A stretch of DNA of 64,000 nt from the NCBI GenBank assembly GCA_902588785.1, contig CACIQL010000001.1:7119-71118 (forward strand), written 5' to 3'. The notes under the pieces are model-generated. The model did no database searches and was not told the DNA's origin. It was given only the letters and a program-made list of their open reading frames with translations. Below are positions 22,420 through 33,786 of this stretch, in pieces (position 1 is the first letter of the stretch; each line of letters begins with the position of its first letter). The position numbers and the translations under genes are program-made. Source of the DNA: an uncultured Pelagibacteraceae bacterium. GTDB lineage: Bacteria; Pseudomonadota; Alphaproteobacteria; Pelagibacterales; AG-422-B15.

Positions 22420-25380
22420 TTATTCAATCGGCAGTTTAAATTTAACTAATGTTACGCCATCCTTGTGTTTTTTAATTTCATTTATATCGCTCTCTACAGC
22501 TAGCTTTATAATATTGGCTTGGTTTTCTGCATGACGATTAGCTATACCAGTAGCAGGAGAGGCGGATGCCTTTCTACCTATAAATAGTAGCTCTTTATAT
22601 TTTCCTGTTACTCCCTGTAATACTGACTCAATACGATGTTTAACAAATCTGAATGCCCCCATATTTGATGGCTCTTCTTGAACCCAAAATATTTCAGCAT
22701 TTGGAAACTGTAGTACTTCTTCTTTTAAAACTTCATAAGGAAACGGATACAATTGATCAAATCTTAAAATGTGTACATTATCTTTTTTTAATTTTTCAAG
22801 ATGGTCATCAAGCTCAAAATATATTTTTCCAGAACATAAAAGCAATCTATTTACTTTTGATTTTTGTTCTGAAGTCAGTTCTTTTCTTAAAATTCGATGG
22901 AAAGTCGATCCATTTGTAAATTCTTCAATGCTAGATGTATTTTTTTTGTGCCTTAATGTAGATTTAGGTGTCATAATAACCAGTGGTTTTCTGAAATCTC
23001 TATGAAGCTGTCTTCTAAGAGCATGAAAATAATTTGCGGGTGAAGTACAATTAACAACTTGAATATTGTCCTCGGCACACATTTGTAAAAATCTCTCTAA
23101 TCTTCCACTTGTGTGTTCAGGCCCCTGACCTTCATGGCCGTGTGGCAAAAGCAATGTTAGACCAGACATTCTTAACCATTTTCTCTCACCAGTAGTTATA
23201 AATTGGTCAATTATTGTCTGAGCATTGTTTGCAAAGTCACCAAATTGACCCTCCCAAAGCACTAAAGTTCTTGGATCAACTTGTGAATAACCATATTCGA
23301 AACCCAAAACACCGTACTCAGATAAAAAACTATCAATGATTTCAAAAAATCCTTGTTTTTCTCTAAAATGTCTCAATGGTACAAATCTTTTCTCGCTTAC
23401 TTGATCATAAAGAACTGCATGTCTTTGACTAAAAGTGCCTCTGCCCGAATCTTGACCTGAAAGCCTTACTCCATAACCTTCTGATAACAATGAAGCAAAT
23501 GCAAGAGACTCAGCAGTTGCCCAGTCAATTCCATTACCTGTTTGTATACTTGATAATCTATCATCATAAATTTTTTTTATTCTTCTGTGCGGGTTAAAGT
23601 TTCCTGGAATGGTATGTATTTCTTCCCCAATTTTTAAAAGCTCATTTTCAGTAATAGCTGTTTTGCCTCTTCTTGCATCAATGGAAGCTACCGTTATACC
23701 TTTCCATGAACCTTCAAGCCAGTCAGCTTTATTTGGCTTATACGACTTTGCAAATTTTAACTCTTCATTCAATTTACTGGCGTAAATTGATCTTTCATTT
23801 TCAACATCGTCATTAGTTAAAACACCTTCTTCAATAAGTTTTTTTTCATAAATTTTAAGAGTAGACGGGTGAGATTTAATTTTTTGATACATTAGCGGCT
23901 GTGTAAATTCTGGTAAATCCATTTCATTATGGCCAGATCGACGATAACAAAACATATCTACTACAACGTCAGTTTTAAATTTATTTCTAAATTCAACTGC
24001 TAATCTACATACATGAACGACCGCTTCAACATCATCTCCATTAACATGAAATATCGGCGCCTGTATGATTTTTGCTATTTCGGTACAGTATGGAGCTGAA
24101 CGACCATAATGAGGCATTGTGGTGAAACCTATTTGATTGTTAATAACAAAATGAATTGTGCCTCCTGTACGAAAACCCCTTAATTGTGACATCGCAAAAG
24201 TTTCTGCAACAACACCTTGCCCAGCCATTGCAGCATCACCATGAATTAATAGTCCTATTACTCTGTCGTTTGTTTTATCTTGAAGCAATGTTTGCTCAGC
24301 TCTAACTTTTCCTATCACTACGGGATCCACTGCCTCCAAATGTGATGGGTTTGGAGTCAAAGAAAGATGAATTTTTTTATCATCAAACTCTCTATCACTT
24401 GAAATCCCTAAATGATACTTTACGTCCCCGGATCCTAAAACTTCATTGGGATCCTCTCCTCCACCCTCAAATTTTGCCATAATTGATCGCAAGGGAACTT
24501 CCATAACAGATGAAAGAAGGGTTAATCTCCCACGATGTGCGGTTCCTATATATATGTCCTCGACTCCTGCTAAGCAGCTTTGTTTAATTATTTGTTCAAT
24601 GCCTGGAACAGTCGACTCACTGCCAACGAGCCCAAACCTTTTGGTGCCTATAAATTTTTTATCAAGGAATTGCTCGAACATTTCAGCTTCAAGCAAGCGT
24701 TTGAATATTGCTTTCTTACCATTTGAGGTAAACTGTGTTTTATTTCTAACTTCCTCTATTCTTTCTTGAACCCATTGCTTTTGATCAGCATCTTGAATAT
24801 GAACAAATTCAACACCTATAGATCCACAATAAGTTTCCTTAAGTATTTCAATAATATTTCTGAGTTTAGCAAAGTTTAGACCAAGACTTCCGTCAATAAA
24901 AATTTCTTTTTCAAGATCATTTTCTTTGAAACCATAATTTCTATAATCAAGTTCATAATATGTTTTAATTTCTTTTAAATTTAGTGGATCCAGATTTGAT
25001 GCGAGATGACCATTAACTCTATAAGCTCTGATAAGCCTTATTGCCCTTATTGAGTCAAAAACCTGTTCTTTAAATACTTCACTCGTAACAATGTTATCTT
25101 TATTATATTTTTGAGACTCTATTTTGATTTCACTCTCATTGATATTTTCTAAAATATCTTCTTCATTATTTTTTTCTACATTTTGAGATGCCCAACTAGC
25201 ACGAAGAATATTTTGTTGATTTAGGTTATCTGAAATACCGGAAAAAAAAATTCTCCAATCATCTGGAATGTCAGCGGGATTATTTTGAAATCTTTCAAAC
25301 ATTTGTTCGATATAAACTGCGTTTGCACCGTGCAGGAAAGATGTTTTATCAAAAATATCGTTTATGGATGACTTTGTCAT
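22420..25380 (-). CDS. sucA: 2-oxoglutarate dehydrogenase E1
   Basis: 986 aa. N-terminus FLHGANAVYIEQMFERF, ThDP region GDAAMAGQGVV, and HGHEGQGPEH. Confidence 0.96.
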   Translation of the reverse strand: MTKSSINDIFDKTSFLHGANAVYIEQMFERFQNNPADIPDDWRIFFSGISDNLNQQNILRASWASQNVEKNNEEDILENINESEIKIESQKYNKDNIVTSEVFKEQVFDSIRAIRLIRAYRVNGHLASNLDPLNLKEIKTYYELDYRNYGFKENDLEKEIFIDGSLGLNFAKLRNIIEILKETYCGSIGVEFVHIQDADQKQWVQERIEEVRNKTQFTSNGKKAIFKRLLEAEMFEQFLDKKFIGTKRFGLVGSESTVPGIEQIIKQSCLAGVEDIYIGTAHRGRLTLLSSVMEVPLRSIMAKFEGGGEDPNEVLGSGDVKYHLGISSDREFDDKKIHLSLTPNPSHLEAVDPVVIGKVRAEQTLLQDKTNDRVIGLLIHGDAAMAGQGVVAETFAMSQLRGFRTGGTIHFVINNQIGFTTMPHYGRSAPYCTEIAKIIQAPIFHVNGDDVEAVVHVCRLAVEFRNKFKTDVVVDMFCYRRSGHNEMDLPEFTQPLMYQKIKSHPSTLKIYEKKLIEEGVLTNDDVENERSIYASKLNEELKFAKSYKPNKADWLEGSWKGITVASIDARRGKTAITENELLKIGEEIHTIPGNFNPHRRIKKIYDDRLSSIQTGNGIDWATAESLAFASLLSEGYGVRLSGQDSGRGTFSQRHAVLYDQVSEKRFVPLRHFREKQGFFEIIDSFLSEYGVLGFEYGYSQVDPRTLVLWEGQFGDFANNAQTIIDQFITTGERKWLRMSGLTLLLPHGHEGQGPEHTSGRLERFLQMCAEDNIQVVNCTSPANYFHALRRQLHRDFRKPLVIMTPKSTLRHKKNTSSIEEFTNGSTFHRILRKELTSEQKSKVNRLLLCSGKIYFELDDHLEKLKKDNVHILRFDQLYPFPYEVLKEEVLQFPNAEIFWVQEEPSNMGAFRFVKHRIESVLQGVTGKYKELLFIGRKASASPATGIANRHAENQANIIKLAVESDINEIKKHKDGVTLVKFKLPIE

Positions 25381-25394
25381 TAAGCAGCTTAATT

Positions 25395-26276
25395 TTAGTT
25401 TTGATTCTTTAATACCTCAAGTAAAGTTGATCCTAAAGCTGCTGGAGAATTTGAAATTTGAATCCCAGCACTATTCATGGCTTCAATTTTATCTTCTGCT
25501 CCACCTTTCCCTCCGGATACAATTGCTCCAGCGTGTCCCATTCTTCTTCCTGGAGGGGCTGACGTTCCTGCAATAAATCCAACGGTTGGCTTTTTTACCT
25601 TTTCTTTTCTCAAAAATTCAGCTGCTTCTTCCTCAGCTGAACCACCAATTTCACCAATCATGATTATTGACTCAGTTTCTGGATCAGATAAGAAAAGTTC
25701 TAAACAATCAATAAAGTTGGTTCCATTCACTGGATCGCCCCCTATTCCAATACAGGTGGATTGTCCAAGACCTTCCACAGTTGTTTGATAAACTGCCTCA
25801 TAAGTTAGTGTTCCAGACCTAGATACAATTCCAACATTTCCCTTTTGATGAATATGCGCTGGCATTATACCAATCTTACACTCATCAGGAGTTATGATTC
25901 CCGGACAATTGGGGCCAATGAGACGTGATTTGGAAGATCTTAATTTATCTTTGACCTCTAGCATGTCCATAACAGGAATTCCCTCTGTTATACAAACTAT
26001 TAGGTTCATCTCACTATCTATTGCTTCTAAAATTGCTTTTGCAGCAAATGGGGGCGGAACATAAATTACAGTGGCATTCGCATCCGTTTTATCTTTGGCT
26101 TCTTTAACCGTATCAAATACTGGTAACCCTAAGTGCTCTGTTCCTCCTTTTTTTGGAGTAACTCCACCAACCATTTTGGTGCCGTATTTAATTGCCTGTT
26201 CTGAATGAAAGGTACCTTGTGATCCCGTGAAACCCTGGCAAATAACTTTTGTATCTTTGTTAACTATTACTGACAT
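25395..26276 (-). CDS. sucD: Succinyl-CoA synthetase alpha subunit
   Basis: [23 protein letters not shown], and phospho-His context RMGHAGAI. Confidence 0.97.
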   Translation of the reverse strand: MSVIVNKDTKVICQGFTGSQGTFHSEQAIKYGTKMVGGVTPKKGGTEHLGLPVFDTVKEAKDKTDANATVIYVPPPFAAKAILEAIDSEMNLIVCITEGIPVMDMLEVKDKLRSSKSRLIGPNCPGIITPDECKIGIMPAHIHQKGNVGIVSRSGTLTYEAVYQTTVEGLGQSTCIGIGGDPVNGTNFIDCLELFLSDPETESIIMIGEIGGSAEEEAAEFLRKEKVKKPTVGFIAGTSAPPGRRMGHAGAIVSGGKGGAEDKIEAMNSAGIQISNSPAALGSTLLEVLKNQN

Positions 26277-27433
26277 TAGACTAGCTTAACTATTTTTTTT
26301 GCTGCATCATCTAAATCGTTGGCAGAAATAATTTCAATACTTGAATTATCAAGAATCTTTTTACCTTCATCAACATTTGTACCTTCAAGTCTAACTACAA
26401 GCGGTACAGAAATTTCTAATTCCTTTGCTGCAGCAACAATTCCTTCAGCAATGATGTCACATCTCATGATTCCACCAAAGATGTTAACTAAGATGCCTTT
26501 TACGCCTTTATCAGAAAGAATAATTTTAAATGCACTAGAGACCTTTTCTTTAGAAGCTCCACCACCAACATCAAGAAAGTTGGCGGGCTCACCACCATAC
26601 ATTTTAATAATATCTAAGCTAGCCATTGCCAAGCCTGCGCCATTGACCATACAGCCTATATTCCCATCCAATTTTATATATGCGAGATCAAATTTTGATG
26701 CCTCTCTTTCATATTCATCCTCTTCATTCTCATCCCTTAATTCCTCAATTTCTGGATGGCGGTATAAAGCATTATCATCAAAATTAACTTTAGCATCGAG
26801 ACACAATAGTTTGTCAGTCTCAGTTATAATCAAAGGATTAACTTCAACAAGACTAGCATCTTTTTCTAAAAAAAATTTATACATATTTTTTATAAGATCA
26901 AAAAGTTGGCCTTCAAGATCTTTTTTGAGTTCAAAAGCTTTACTAATTGTATTTACATCGTTTTCAGTAACACCTATTGAAGGTTCTATTTGAACTGTTG
27001 TTATATTTTCTGGGGTATCTTTTGCAACTGCTTCAATGTCCATACCTCCCATCTTAGATACAATAAAGGCAACTTTGCTTGTCGCTCTGTCTAATAAACA
27101 AGAAAGGTATAATTCTTTTTTAATATCCGACCCATTTTCAATGTAGATACGTTTTACTTCTTTTCCTGCTGGGCCTGTTTGAGGAGTTATTAAATTCATA
27201 CCAAACATTTTTTCAGCCTCATTTACGGCTTCTTCTCTTGAAGAAACTACTTTAACGCCTCCACCTTTACCTCTGCCACCTGCATGAATTTGCGCTTTAA
27301 CAACCCAAATTGGACCCTTAACTTTTCCTACTGCTTCATCTATCTGACTTTTTTCATATGCAACGCTTCCTTTGGACACAGGTATATCATAACCGTCAAA
27401 TAATTCCTTTGCTTGATGTTCGTGTATATTCAT
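26276..27433 (-). CDS. sucC: Succinyl-CoA synthetase beta subunit
   Basis: [12 protein letters not shown]..., ATP-grasp region [14 protein letters not shown]. Shares 1 nt with sucD. Confidence 0.97.
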   Translation of the reverse strand: MNIHEHQAKELFDGYDIPVSKGSVAYEKSQIDEAVGKVKGPIWVVKAQIHAGGRGKGGGVKVVSSREEAVNEAEKMFGMNLITPQTGPAGKEVKRIYIENGSDIKKELYLSCLLDRATSKVAFIVSKMGGMDIEAVAKDTPENITTVQIEPSIGVTENDVNTISKAFELKKDLEGQLFDLIKNMYKFFLEKDASLVEVNPLIITETDKLLCLDAKVNFDDNALYRHPEIEELRDENEEDEYEREASKFDLAYIKLDGNIGCMVNGAGLAMASLDIIKMYGGEPANFLDVGGGASKEKVSSAFKIILSDKGVKGILVNIFGGIMRCDIIAEGIVAAAKELEISVPLVVRLEGTNVDEGKKILDNSSIEIISANDLDDAAKKIVKLV

Positions 27434-28396
27434 TTATTTAAGTAAAGGATCAATATTTTTTGCAGCCTCAAATAGCTCACTGACTGCTTCGATTGAGGTT
27501 TTAAAATATTTTTTTTCTTCTTCGTCTAAATCAAGTTCAACAACTTTTTCAATTCCAGCTGAGCCAATAACAACAGGAACTCCAACATATAAATCTGAAA
27601 CACCGTATTCACCATTTAAATATGCTGCGCATGGTAACGTTTTTTTCTTATCATTTAGATATGAGTCGGCCATTTCAATCCCTGAGGCTGCCGGTCCATA
27701 AAAAGCGGATCCAGTTTCCAATAACTTTACAACTTCGGCCCCACCTTTTCTCGTCCTATCAATGATCTCGTCAAGCCTAGCCTTTGAAATTTTTCCTTTA
27801 TTCACTAAATCAGTCAGGTTTTCACCACCAACCATAGTTCTATTTGGAACTGGTACCATTGTATCACCATGACCACCAAGAACAAATGAGTCTACTTCGC
27901 TAATTGGAACATTTAATTCTTGTGATAAGAAATATTTAAAACGTGAGGTATCTAAAACTCCAGCCATACCAACAACTTTATTTTTTGGAAGCCCAGAATA
28001 TTTTTGAAGAGCCATAACGATTACATCTAATGGATTTGTAATACAAATAACAAAGGCATTAGGAGAAGTTGATTTTATACCCTCAGCTACTTGCTTGATA
28101 ATTTTCAAGTTTGTTCCCAAAAGGTCATCTCTGGTCATTCCTGGTTTTCGAGGAACTCCAGCTGTTATAATTATTACATCAGAGTCACTTGTATCATCAT
28201 AATTATCAGTACCAGACAAGGAAACGTTAAAACCATCAATGGCTGAGGACTGTGCTATATCAAGAGCTTTACCTTTTGCAAGTCCAGACATCAGATCAAA
28301 AAGAACTACATCTCCAAGCTCTTTCATGGCAGCTAAATGAGCAAGTGTGCCTCCAATTTGTCCAGCTCCTATAAGTGATATTTTTTTATTTGTCAT
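27434..28396 (-). CDS. mdh: Malate dehydrogenase (LDH-like type)
   Basis: [40 protein letters not shown]. Confidence 0.96.
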   Translation of the reverse strand: MTNKKISLIGAGQIGGTLAHLAAMKELGDVVLFDLMSGLAKGKALDIAQSSAIDGFNVSLSGTDNYDDTSDSDVIIITAGVPRKPGMTRDDLLGTNLKIIKQVAEGIKSTSPNAFVICITNPLDVIVMALQKYSGLPKNKVVGMAGVLDTSRFKYFLSQELNVPISEVDSFVLGGHGDTMVPVPNRTMVGGENLTDLVNKGKISKARLDEIIDRTRKGGAEVVKLLETGSAFYGPAASGIEMADSYLNDKKKTLPCAAYLNGEYGVSDLYVGVPVVIGSAGIEKVVELDLDEEEKKYFKTSIEAVSELFEAAKNIDPLLK

Positions 28397-28457
28397 GATG
28401 AGTTTATAGCTCGGTAAACTAACTAGATAGCGATTAAAATCAAGATAAATTAAATAT

Positions 28458-29951
28458 TTACTTCATTGTTGGAATGGTAAATTCAGCACCTTTTCTAATA
28501 CCAGTTGGCCATCTTGAAGTAACAGTTTTGAGACGCGTAAAGAACCTTACTCCGTCCATACCATGCATTGCATGATCCCCAAATAAGGATCTTTTCCAAC
28601 CACCAAAGCTATGAAAAGCCATGGGTACTGGTATGGGAACATTCACTCCAACCATTCCAATTTTGCATTGATTAGCAAAAGCTCTAGCTGTGTCACCATC
28701 ACGAGTATAAATAGTAGTACCGTTTCCGAATTCATGATCGTTAACCATTTTTAAAGCATCGTCAAAAGTAGGTTGACGTACAACAGATAATACAGGTCCA
28801 AATATTTCTTCTCTATATATCTGCATATCTTCCTTAACATGATCAAATAAACAGCCTCCGATGAAGTATCCATTTTCATAACCTTGAAGAGATATTGATC
28901 TTCCATCCACTATAAGATCAGCTCCTTCAGCGATTCCAGAGTCAACATAGCTTTTTACTTTTGATAAATGTACATCACTGATGAGTGGACCCATTTCAAC
29001 TTCTGGATCTGTTCCGGGGCCAACTTTAAGTCCCTGAACGCGAGGGGTAAGTTTTTCAATTAATTTATCGCCTACATCACCAACAGCTACGGCAACCGAA
29101 AGAGCCATGCATCGCTCTCCTGCGGATCCATAGCCTGCGCCGATAAGACCATCAACAACTTGGTCTAAATCTGCATCAGGCATTACAACCATATGATTTT
29201 TTGCACCACCTAATGACTGAACGCGCTTATTATGTTTTGAAGAGGTATGATAAATATATTCAGCGACTGGGGTCGAGCCAACAAAACTAACTGATGCAAC
29301 TTCAGGATCGGTGATCAGGAGATCTACTGCTTCTTTATCGCCGTTAACCACATTGAAAACTCCATCTGGAAGACCTGCTTCTTTAAGTAAATCTCCCATC
29401 ATGTACGGAACTGTTGGATCTTTTTCACTCGGTTTCAAAATAAATGAATTACCACATGCAATAGACATAACAAACATCCACATTGGAACCATAGCGGGAA
29501 AATTGAAAGGTGAAATTCCCACACAAACGCCAAGAGGCTGTCTCATGCTCCAGCTGTCAATATTTGATCCAACATTTTCAGAATATTCGCCTTTAAGCAA
29601 ATGAGGAATACCACAAGCGAACTCAACTACTTCCATACCTCTTGTTATTGAACCTACTGAGTCTGATAATATTTTTCCGTGCTCAGTTGTTAATTCCAAA
29701 GCTAATTTGTCCATATCTCTGAGGATCAAATCTTTGAATTTAAATAAAACTCTTGATCTTGTAAGAGATGGAGTGGCAGCCCATTCTTTACCTGCTTTAA
29801 CGGCACACTCTATTGCAAGCTGCACATCGTCTTTGTTAGCGAGATTAACTTCCCTGATTTTTTCCCCATTGGCTGGATTAAATACATCGCCAAATCTATC
29901 AGAACTTCCAACGTGTTCCTTGCCGTTAATATAGTGAAATACTTTATTCAT
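28458..29951 (-). CDS. mmsA: Methylmalonate-semialdehyde dehydrogenase (CoA-acylating)
   Basis: 497-aa ALDH with [14 protein letters not shown] and catalytic-Cys context GERCMALS, typical of MmsA/IolA. Confidence 0.88.
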   Translation of the reverse strand: MNKVFHYINGKEHVGSSDRFGDVFNPANGEKIREVNLANKDDVQLAIECAVKAGKEWAATPSLTRSRVLFKFKDLILRDMDKLALELTTEHGKILSDSVGSITRGMEVVEFACGIPHLLKGEYSENVGSNIDSWSMRQPLGVCVGISPFNFPAMVPMWMFVMSIACGNSFILKPSEKDPTVPYMMGDLLKEAGLPDGVFNVVNGDKEAVDLLITDPEVASVSFVGSTPVAEYIYHTSSKHNKRVQSLGGAKNHMVVMPDADLDQVVDGLIGAGYGSAGERCMALSVAVAVGDVGDKLIEKLTPRVQGLKVGPGTDPEVEMGPLISDVHLSKVKSYVDSGIAEGADLIVDGRSISLQGYENGYFIGGCLFDHVKEDMQIYREEIFGPVLSVVRQPTFDDALKMVNDHEFGNGTTIYTRDGDTARAFANQCKIGMVGVNVPIPVPMAFHSFGGWKRSLFGDHAMHGMDGVRFFTRLKTVTSRWPTGIRKGAEFTIPTMK

Positions 29952-29979
29952 GATCTTAATAATTTTAATAGAGTCTGAT

Positions 29980-30007
29980 ATTGTAGATTAATTGTAATCA
30001 ATGGCAA
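29980..30007 (-). promoter_or_regulatory. Candidate sigma-70-type promoter for mmsA
   Basis: Minus strand: TTGCCA (30007-30002), 16-nt spacer, TACAAT (29985-29980), 29 nt upstream of the mmsA ATG. AT-rich background makes chance matches common. Confidence 0.25.
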
Positions 30008-30019
30008 TGGTGGAAAAGT

Positions 30020-30253
30020 ATGAGAAAACTTGATCTTCACGGCTTCACACTAGAAGAAGCTTATCAAGAATTTACTGATTTTATTTATGCTGCTTATCAA
30101 GAGAATATTTCTAAAGTGGAAATAATAACTGGAAAAAGTGGTCGCATAAGGCAAGAATTCCCTCATTGGGCAGAGAGCAGTCATCAAATAAAGTATATCG
30201 AAGCTAGCTGGCACGAGGGCAGTTATATCGTGAAAATTCAAAAAAAGTATTGA
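30020..30253 (+). CDS. Stand-alone Smr (small MutS-related) domain protein
   Basis: 77 aa. KLDLHGFTLEEAYQEFTDFI...EIITGKSG matches the Smr-domain core (LDLHG ... TGxG). Confidence 0.7.
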   Translation: MRKLDLHGFTLEEAYQEFTDFIYAAYQENISKVEIITGKSGRIRQEFPHWAESSHQIKYIEASWHEGSYIVKIQKKY

Positions 30254-30304
30254 GACCATGATCTGTCATTTTGGCAGACGTATATGAGTTTAAACCAAAG
30301 TAAA

Positions 30305-30395
30305 CAACATTATATGTTACAGTAATGGTGGGTAAGTAATATTTTCATTAAATCCCCTAATCAACTACCCACCATTGAGTAAACAAATAATGTTG
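30305..30395. repeat. Long imperfect inverted repeat / RNA hairpin in the smr-sdhB spacer
   Basis: 30305-30334 pairs with 30366-30395: 24 Watson-Crick pairs plus 1 G.U over 30 positions. The perfect 11-bp core is AATGGTGGGTA / TACCCACCATT. 31-nt loop. The pairing is seen directly in the sequence; the function is unknown. Confidence 0.6.
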
Positions 30396-30470
30396 AATTA
30401 TTTTATTGCGGTTTCGGTAATCATACTAATACTCAGTACAATCACACTTTTTGAAATTACAATAATATAG
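30390..30470 (+). CDS. Hypothetical 26-aa hydrophobic mini-protein (MLNYFIAVSVIILILSTITLFEITII)
   Basis: ATG lies in the right arm of the hairpin. There is one TM-like segment. The TAG stop (30468-30470) abuts the sdhB stop codon. Only a weak GAG lies 11 nt upstream as a possible SD. Below the ORF-track size cut-off and unverified. Confidence 0.2.
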   Translation: MLNYFIAVSVIILILSTITLFEITII

Positions 30471-31247
30471 TTATTGTTGGGCAATCATCTGCTTAATTCC
30501 AGCAATCGCTTTTGCTGGATTTAATCCCTTGGGACATGCTTGTGTACAGTTCATAATCGTATGGCATCTGTATACTTTAAAAGTATCATCTAATTCTTTT
30601 AATCTCTCTTTTCTTTCCTCATCACGGCTATCTTGTAACCAACGATAGGATTGAAGCAGGACAGCAGGGCCCAAATATTTGTCACTGTTCCACCAATAAC
30701 TTGGGCATGAAGTTGAGCAACAAGCACATAAAATACATTCATATAGTCCATCTAGCTTTTCTCTGTCGTCTCTAGATTGAATATTTTCAGTATCATGTGC
30801 ATTTTGTTTCTTGTTCATGAGCCATGGCTTTATAGACTTAAGTTGCTTATAAAGTGTTTTTAAATTTGTAACCAAGTCCTTGATAACTGGCATATGAGGC
30901 AGAGGATAAATTTTTACATCACCCTTCACATCACTAATTGCTTTAGTACAAGCTAATGTATTTGTACCATCAATATTCATTGCACAAGAACCACATATTC
31001 CCTCACGACATGATCTTCTAAAAGTTAATGAAGTATCAATTTCACTTTTGATTTTCATAACCGCGTCTAATACCATTGGGCCACAATCGTCTAGATCAAC
31101 TTCATAAGTGTCCATTCTTGGGTTTTTTTCATCGTCTGGAGACCAACGATAAATTTTGAATTTTTTAATGTTTTTATTATCTTTTTCAGACTTGTAATAG
31201 TCACCGTCTGTTAATTTAGAATTATCTGGAAGATTAAACTGAACCAT
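30471..31247 (-). CDS. sdhB: Succinate dehydrogenase iron-sulfur subunit
   Basis: Three Fe-S cluster motifs: [35 protein letters not shown]. Confidence 0.97.
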   Translation of the reverse strand: MVQFNLPDNSKLTDGDYYKSEKDNKNIKKFKIYRWSPDDEKNPRMDTYEVDLDDCGPMVLDAVMKIKSEIDTSLTFRRSCREGICGSCAMNIDGTNTLACTKAISDVKGDVKIYPLPHMPVIKDLVTNLKTLYKQLKSIKPWLMNKKQNAHDTENIQSRDDREKLDGLYECILCACCSTSCPSYWWNSDKYLGPAVLLQSYRWLQDSRDEERKERLKELDDTFKVYRCHTIMNCTQACPKGLNPAKAIAGIKQMIAQQ

Positions 31248-33022
31248 TAATAAACTCTGGCCTTTGGTGCAATATATTTAACTTCATTTGATAATGTGTA
31301 TTCGTGCACTGATCGATAATCCAATTCACAACTCTTATCATTCAGCCATGACATTGTATGTTTCATCCAATTTTTATCATCTCTTTCTTTGAAATCTTCT
31401 CGAGCGTGAGCCCCCCTGCTTTCTTTTCTATTAAGCGCTGAATTCATTGTAACTACAGCTTGAGCGATTAGGTTTTTATACTCGAGTGTTTCTAACAAAT
31501 CAGTGTTCCATATAAGTGACTTGTCTTTAATTTTAATATTCTCTGAGTTTAACCAAGTTTCTTCAATAAGTTTTTTTCCTTCAGACATAATCTCGTCATC
31601 TCTAAAAACAGCACAATGTTTCTGCATAACTCGCTGCATTTGAGACCTTAATTCTGAAGTTGAAATATCTCCATCAGAAGATCGTGTACTATCAAATCTT
31701 GCAATGACTTCGTCTATTACATTACTTGGAATTTCCTTGTTAGGTTCATCTTTATTTACCGTATCATTTATTCTATCTGCAGCCGCTTTACCAAATACAA
31801 CTAAATCAATTAGAGAATTTGATCCAAGTCTGTTTGCACCATGAACGCTCACACAGGCAGCTTCACCAACCGCCATCAAACCCCGTACGACCGTTTCATT
31901 TCCTTTTTCAAGATTCATTACTTCTCCATGAAAGTTTGTTGGAATGCCACCCATATTATAATGGACTGTAGGAATAATAGGAATTGGCTCTTTAGTTACG
32001 TCTACCCCTGCAAAAACTTTTGCAGACTCTGAAATACCAGGCAATCTTTCTTCCAATATATCTGAGTCGATATGATCAAGATGAAGATAAGCATGGTCCC
32101 TATCTTTACCAACGCCTCTGCCCTCTAAAATTTCTTTTGTTATAGAACGAGATACAACATCTCTTGAAGCTAAGTCTTTTGCTGATGGTGCATACCTTTC
32201 CATGAAACGTTCACCCTCACTGTTGACTAAATAGCCGCCTTCTCCTCTAGCACCCTCTGTTATAAGACATCCAACGCCATAAATACCTGTCGGATGAAAT
32301 TGAACAAATTCCATATCTTGTAGAGGTAAGCCAGCTCTTAAAACCATAGCGTTACCATCGCCTGTGCACGTGTGAGCTGATGTCGCAGAAAAATAGACAC
32401 GACCATAACCACCAGATGCTAGTACTGTTTGTTTAGAATTAAATACATGTAACTTACCATCCTCTAAGCACCATGCAACAACACCTCTGCATTCACCCTC
32501 AACCATTAATAAGTCCAACACAAAATATTCAATGTAATAGTCAACATCGTGTTTTAACGATTGCCCGTATAAAGTATGAATTATTGCATGACCTGTTCGA
32601 TCAGCGGCGGCGCAAGTTCTTTGAGCAGTACCTTCACCATAATTTTTTGTCATTCCTCCGAAAGCTCTTTGATAAATTTTGCCGTCCTCTGTTCGACTGA
32701 ATGGAACTCCGTAATTTTCTAACTCTAAAACTGCTTTTGGTGCATTTTTACATAAATACTCAATTGCATCCTGATCCCCAAGCCAATCAGAGCCTTTAAC
32801 GGTATCATACATATGCCATCTCCAATCATCATCACCCATATTTCCAAGTGCAGCGGAGATACCTCCCTGTGCTGCAACCGTATGACTTCTAGTTGGGAAT
32901 ACTTTTGAAATACATGCAGTCTTGTAACCATTCTCAACAGCGCCTACTGTCGCTCTCAAACCAGATCCACCGGCTCCAACAACAACTACATCGTAATCAT
33001 GATATTCAATTTCGTAATTCAT
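31247..33022 (-). CDS. sdhA: Succinate dehydrogenase flavoprotein subunit
   Basis: GAGGSGLRA, covalent-FAD His context [24 protein letters not shown]. Confidence 0.98.
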   Translation of the reverse strand: MNYEIEYHDYDVVVVGAGGSGLRATVGAVENGYKTACISKVFPTRSHTVAAQGGISAALGNMGDDDWRWHMYDTVKGSDWLGDQDAIEYLCKNAPKAVLELENYGVPFSRTEDGKIYQRAFGGMTKNYGEGTAQRTCAAADRTGHAIIHTLYGQSLKHDVDYYIEYFVLDLLMVEGECRGVVAWCLEDGKLHVFNSKQTVLASGGYGRVYFSATSAHTCTGDGNAMVLRAGLPLQDMEFVQFHPTGIYGVGCLITEGARGEGGYLVNSEGERFMERYAPSAKDLASRDVVSRSITKEILEGRGVGKDRDHAYLHLDHIDSDILEERLPGISESAKVFAGVDVTKEPIPIIPTVHYNMGGIPTNFHGEVMNLEKGNETVVRGLMAVGEAACVSVHGANRLGSNSLIDLVVFGKAAADRINDTVNKDEPNKEIPSNVIDEVIARFDSTRSSDGDISTSELRSQMQRVMQKHCAVFRDDEIMSEGKKLIEETWLNSENIKIKDKSLIWNTDLLETLEYKNLIAQAVVTMNSALNRKESRGAHAREDFKERDDKNWMKHTMSWLNDKSCELDYRSVHEYTLSNEVKYIAPKARVY

Positions 33023-33026
33023 TAAG

Positions 33027-33371
33027 TTAACCTATAAAAATTAGTAGTAGGGACAAACAAACAAAAATTAGTATTAATAAGAAAAATATTGAAATTACTA
33101 CATTTAACATTTTCTTTACCACATCAGAGTGGACGTAATCATCAAGGATTTCGTTCACACCAGTATTCATATGAATTAATCCTAAAACCGTGAAAATCAA
33201 TATAAACCCAACACCCCATAAGCTGCTAAATTCATTCAAAATTGATTGATACGACAGAGTGGAAAGTTGGATTATTTTTAAAAATAAATAAGTAACGAGC
33301 GGAAGTAGTAAGATCGTGCTCCATCGATGAAGTTTCCAAGTATTTTTAGCAGTCATAGAATTAATATCCAA
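33027..33371 (-). CDS. sdhD: Succinate dehydrogenase membrane anchor subunit
   Basis: 114 aa with 3 TM segments and [15 protein letters not shown]. Lies between sdhC and sdhA. Confidence 0.8.
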   Translation of the reverse strand: MDINSMTAKNTWKLHRWSTILLLPLVTYLFLKIIQLSTLSYQSILNEFSSLWGVGFILIFTVLGLIHMNTGVNEILDDYVHSDVVKKMLNVVISIFFLLILIFVCLSLLLIFIG

Positions 33372-33738
33372 CCATAATTAAAACCCAAAATAGAACAGTG
33401 AGCAAAACAGTAAACAAAATTGTAATCCAACCTGTCAATTTGGCAGTATTTAAATCAAGCCCAATACCAACATCCCAGAATAAGTGCCTCAAGCAGTTTA
33501 AAAAATAAAACAAATATGAAAACGTAAGACCTATTAATATTGTTCTTATAAATATATTTCCTGATAAAGAAATTATAAATTGAAAAGTTTCTTCGCCAGC
33601 GCTAATTGAATATAAAAATATTATTAATATGATTACACCTAATGATGAAGCAATACCCGTTATTCTATGAAGAATTGATAGTATCGATGTAATTTGCCAT
33701 CTATAAACTTGCAAATGTGGTGATAAGGGACTGCTCAT
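33361..33738 (-). CDS. sdhC: Succinate dehydrogenase cytochrome b556 subunit
   Basis: PLSPHLQVYRWQITSILSILHRITG is the SdhC signature. 125 aa with 3 TM segments. Confidence 0.85.
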   Translation of the reverse strand: MSSPLSPHLQVYRWQITSILSILHRITGIASSLGVIILIIFLYSISAGEETFQFIISLSGNIFIRTILIGLTFSYLFYFLNCLRHLFWDVGIGLDLNTAKLTGWITILFTVLLTVLFWVLIMVGY

Positions 33739-33786
33739 TAGTATTATTTATATATACCAAATTGCCAATGATTAAACGACAGTAAA

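Noticed and set aside
26319-26993. 224-aa + strand ORF antisense to sucC. Similar long antisense ORFs lie at 3214-3576, 13033-13461, 16244-16723, 22041-22406, 24446-24769, 25477-25788, 42318-42665 and 42876-43175.
   Set aside because: Each lies fully inside a strongly supported, motif-bearing gene on the opposite strand. Their translations are low-complexity (Ser/Leu/Ile/Pro-rich) with no motifs. This is the usual shadow-ORF pattern of conserved genes, not overlapping coding.
30305-30395. The smr-sdhB hairpin as a bidirectional intrinsic terminator or a dif (XerCD) site.
   Set aside because: The 31-nt loop and the lack of flanking T/A runs do not fit an intrinsic terminator. Comparison with the dif consensus (GGTGCGCATAA-TGTATA-TTATGTTAAAT) gave only about 7 of 11 matches on one arm and none on the other.
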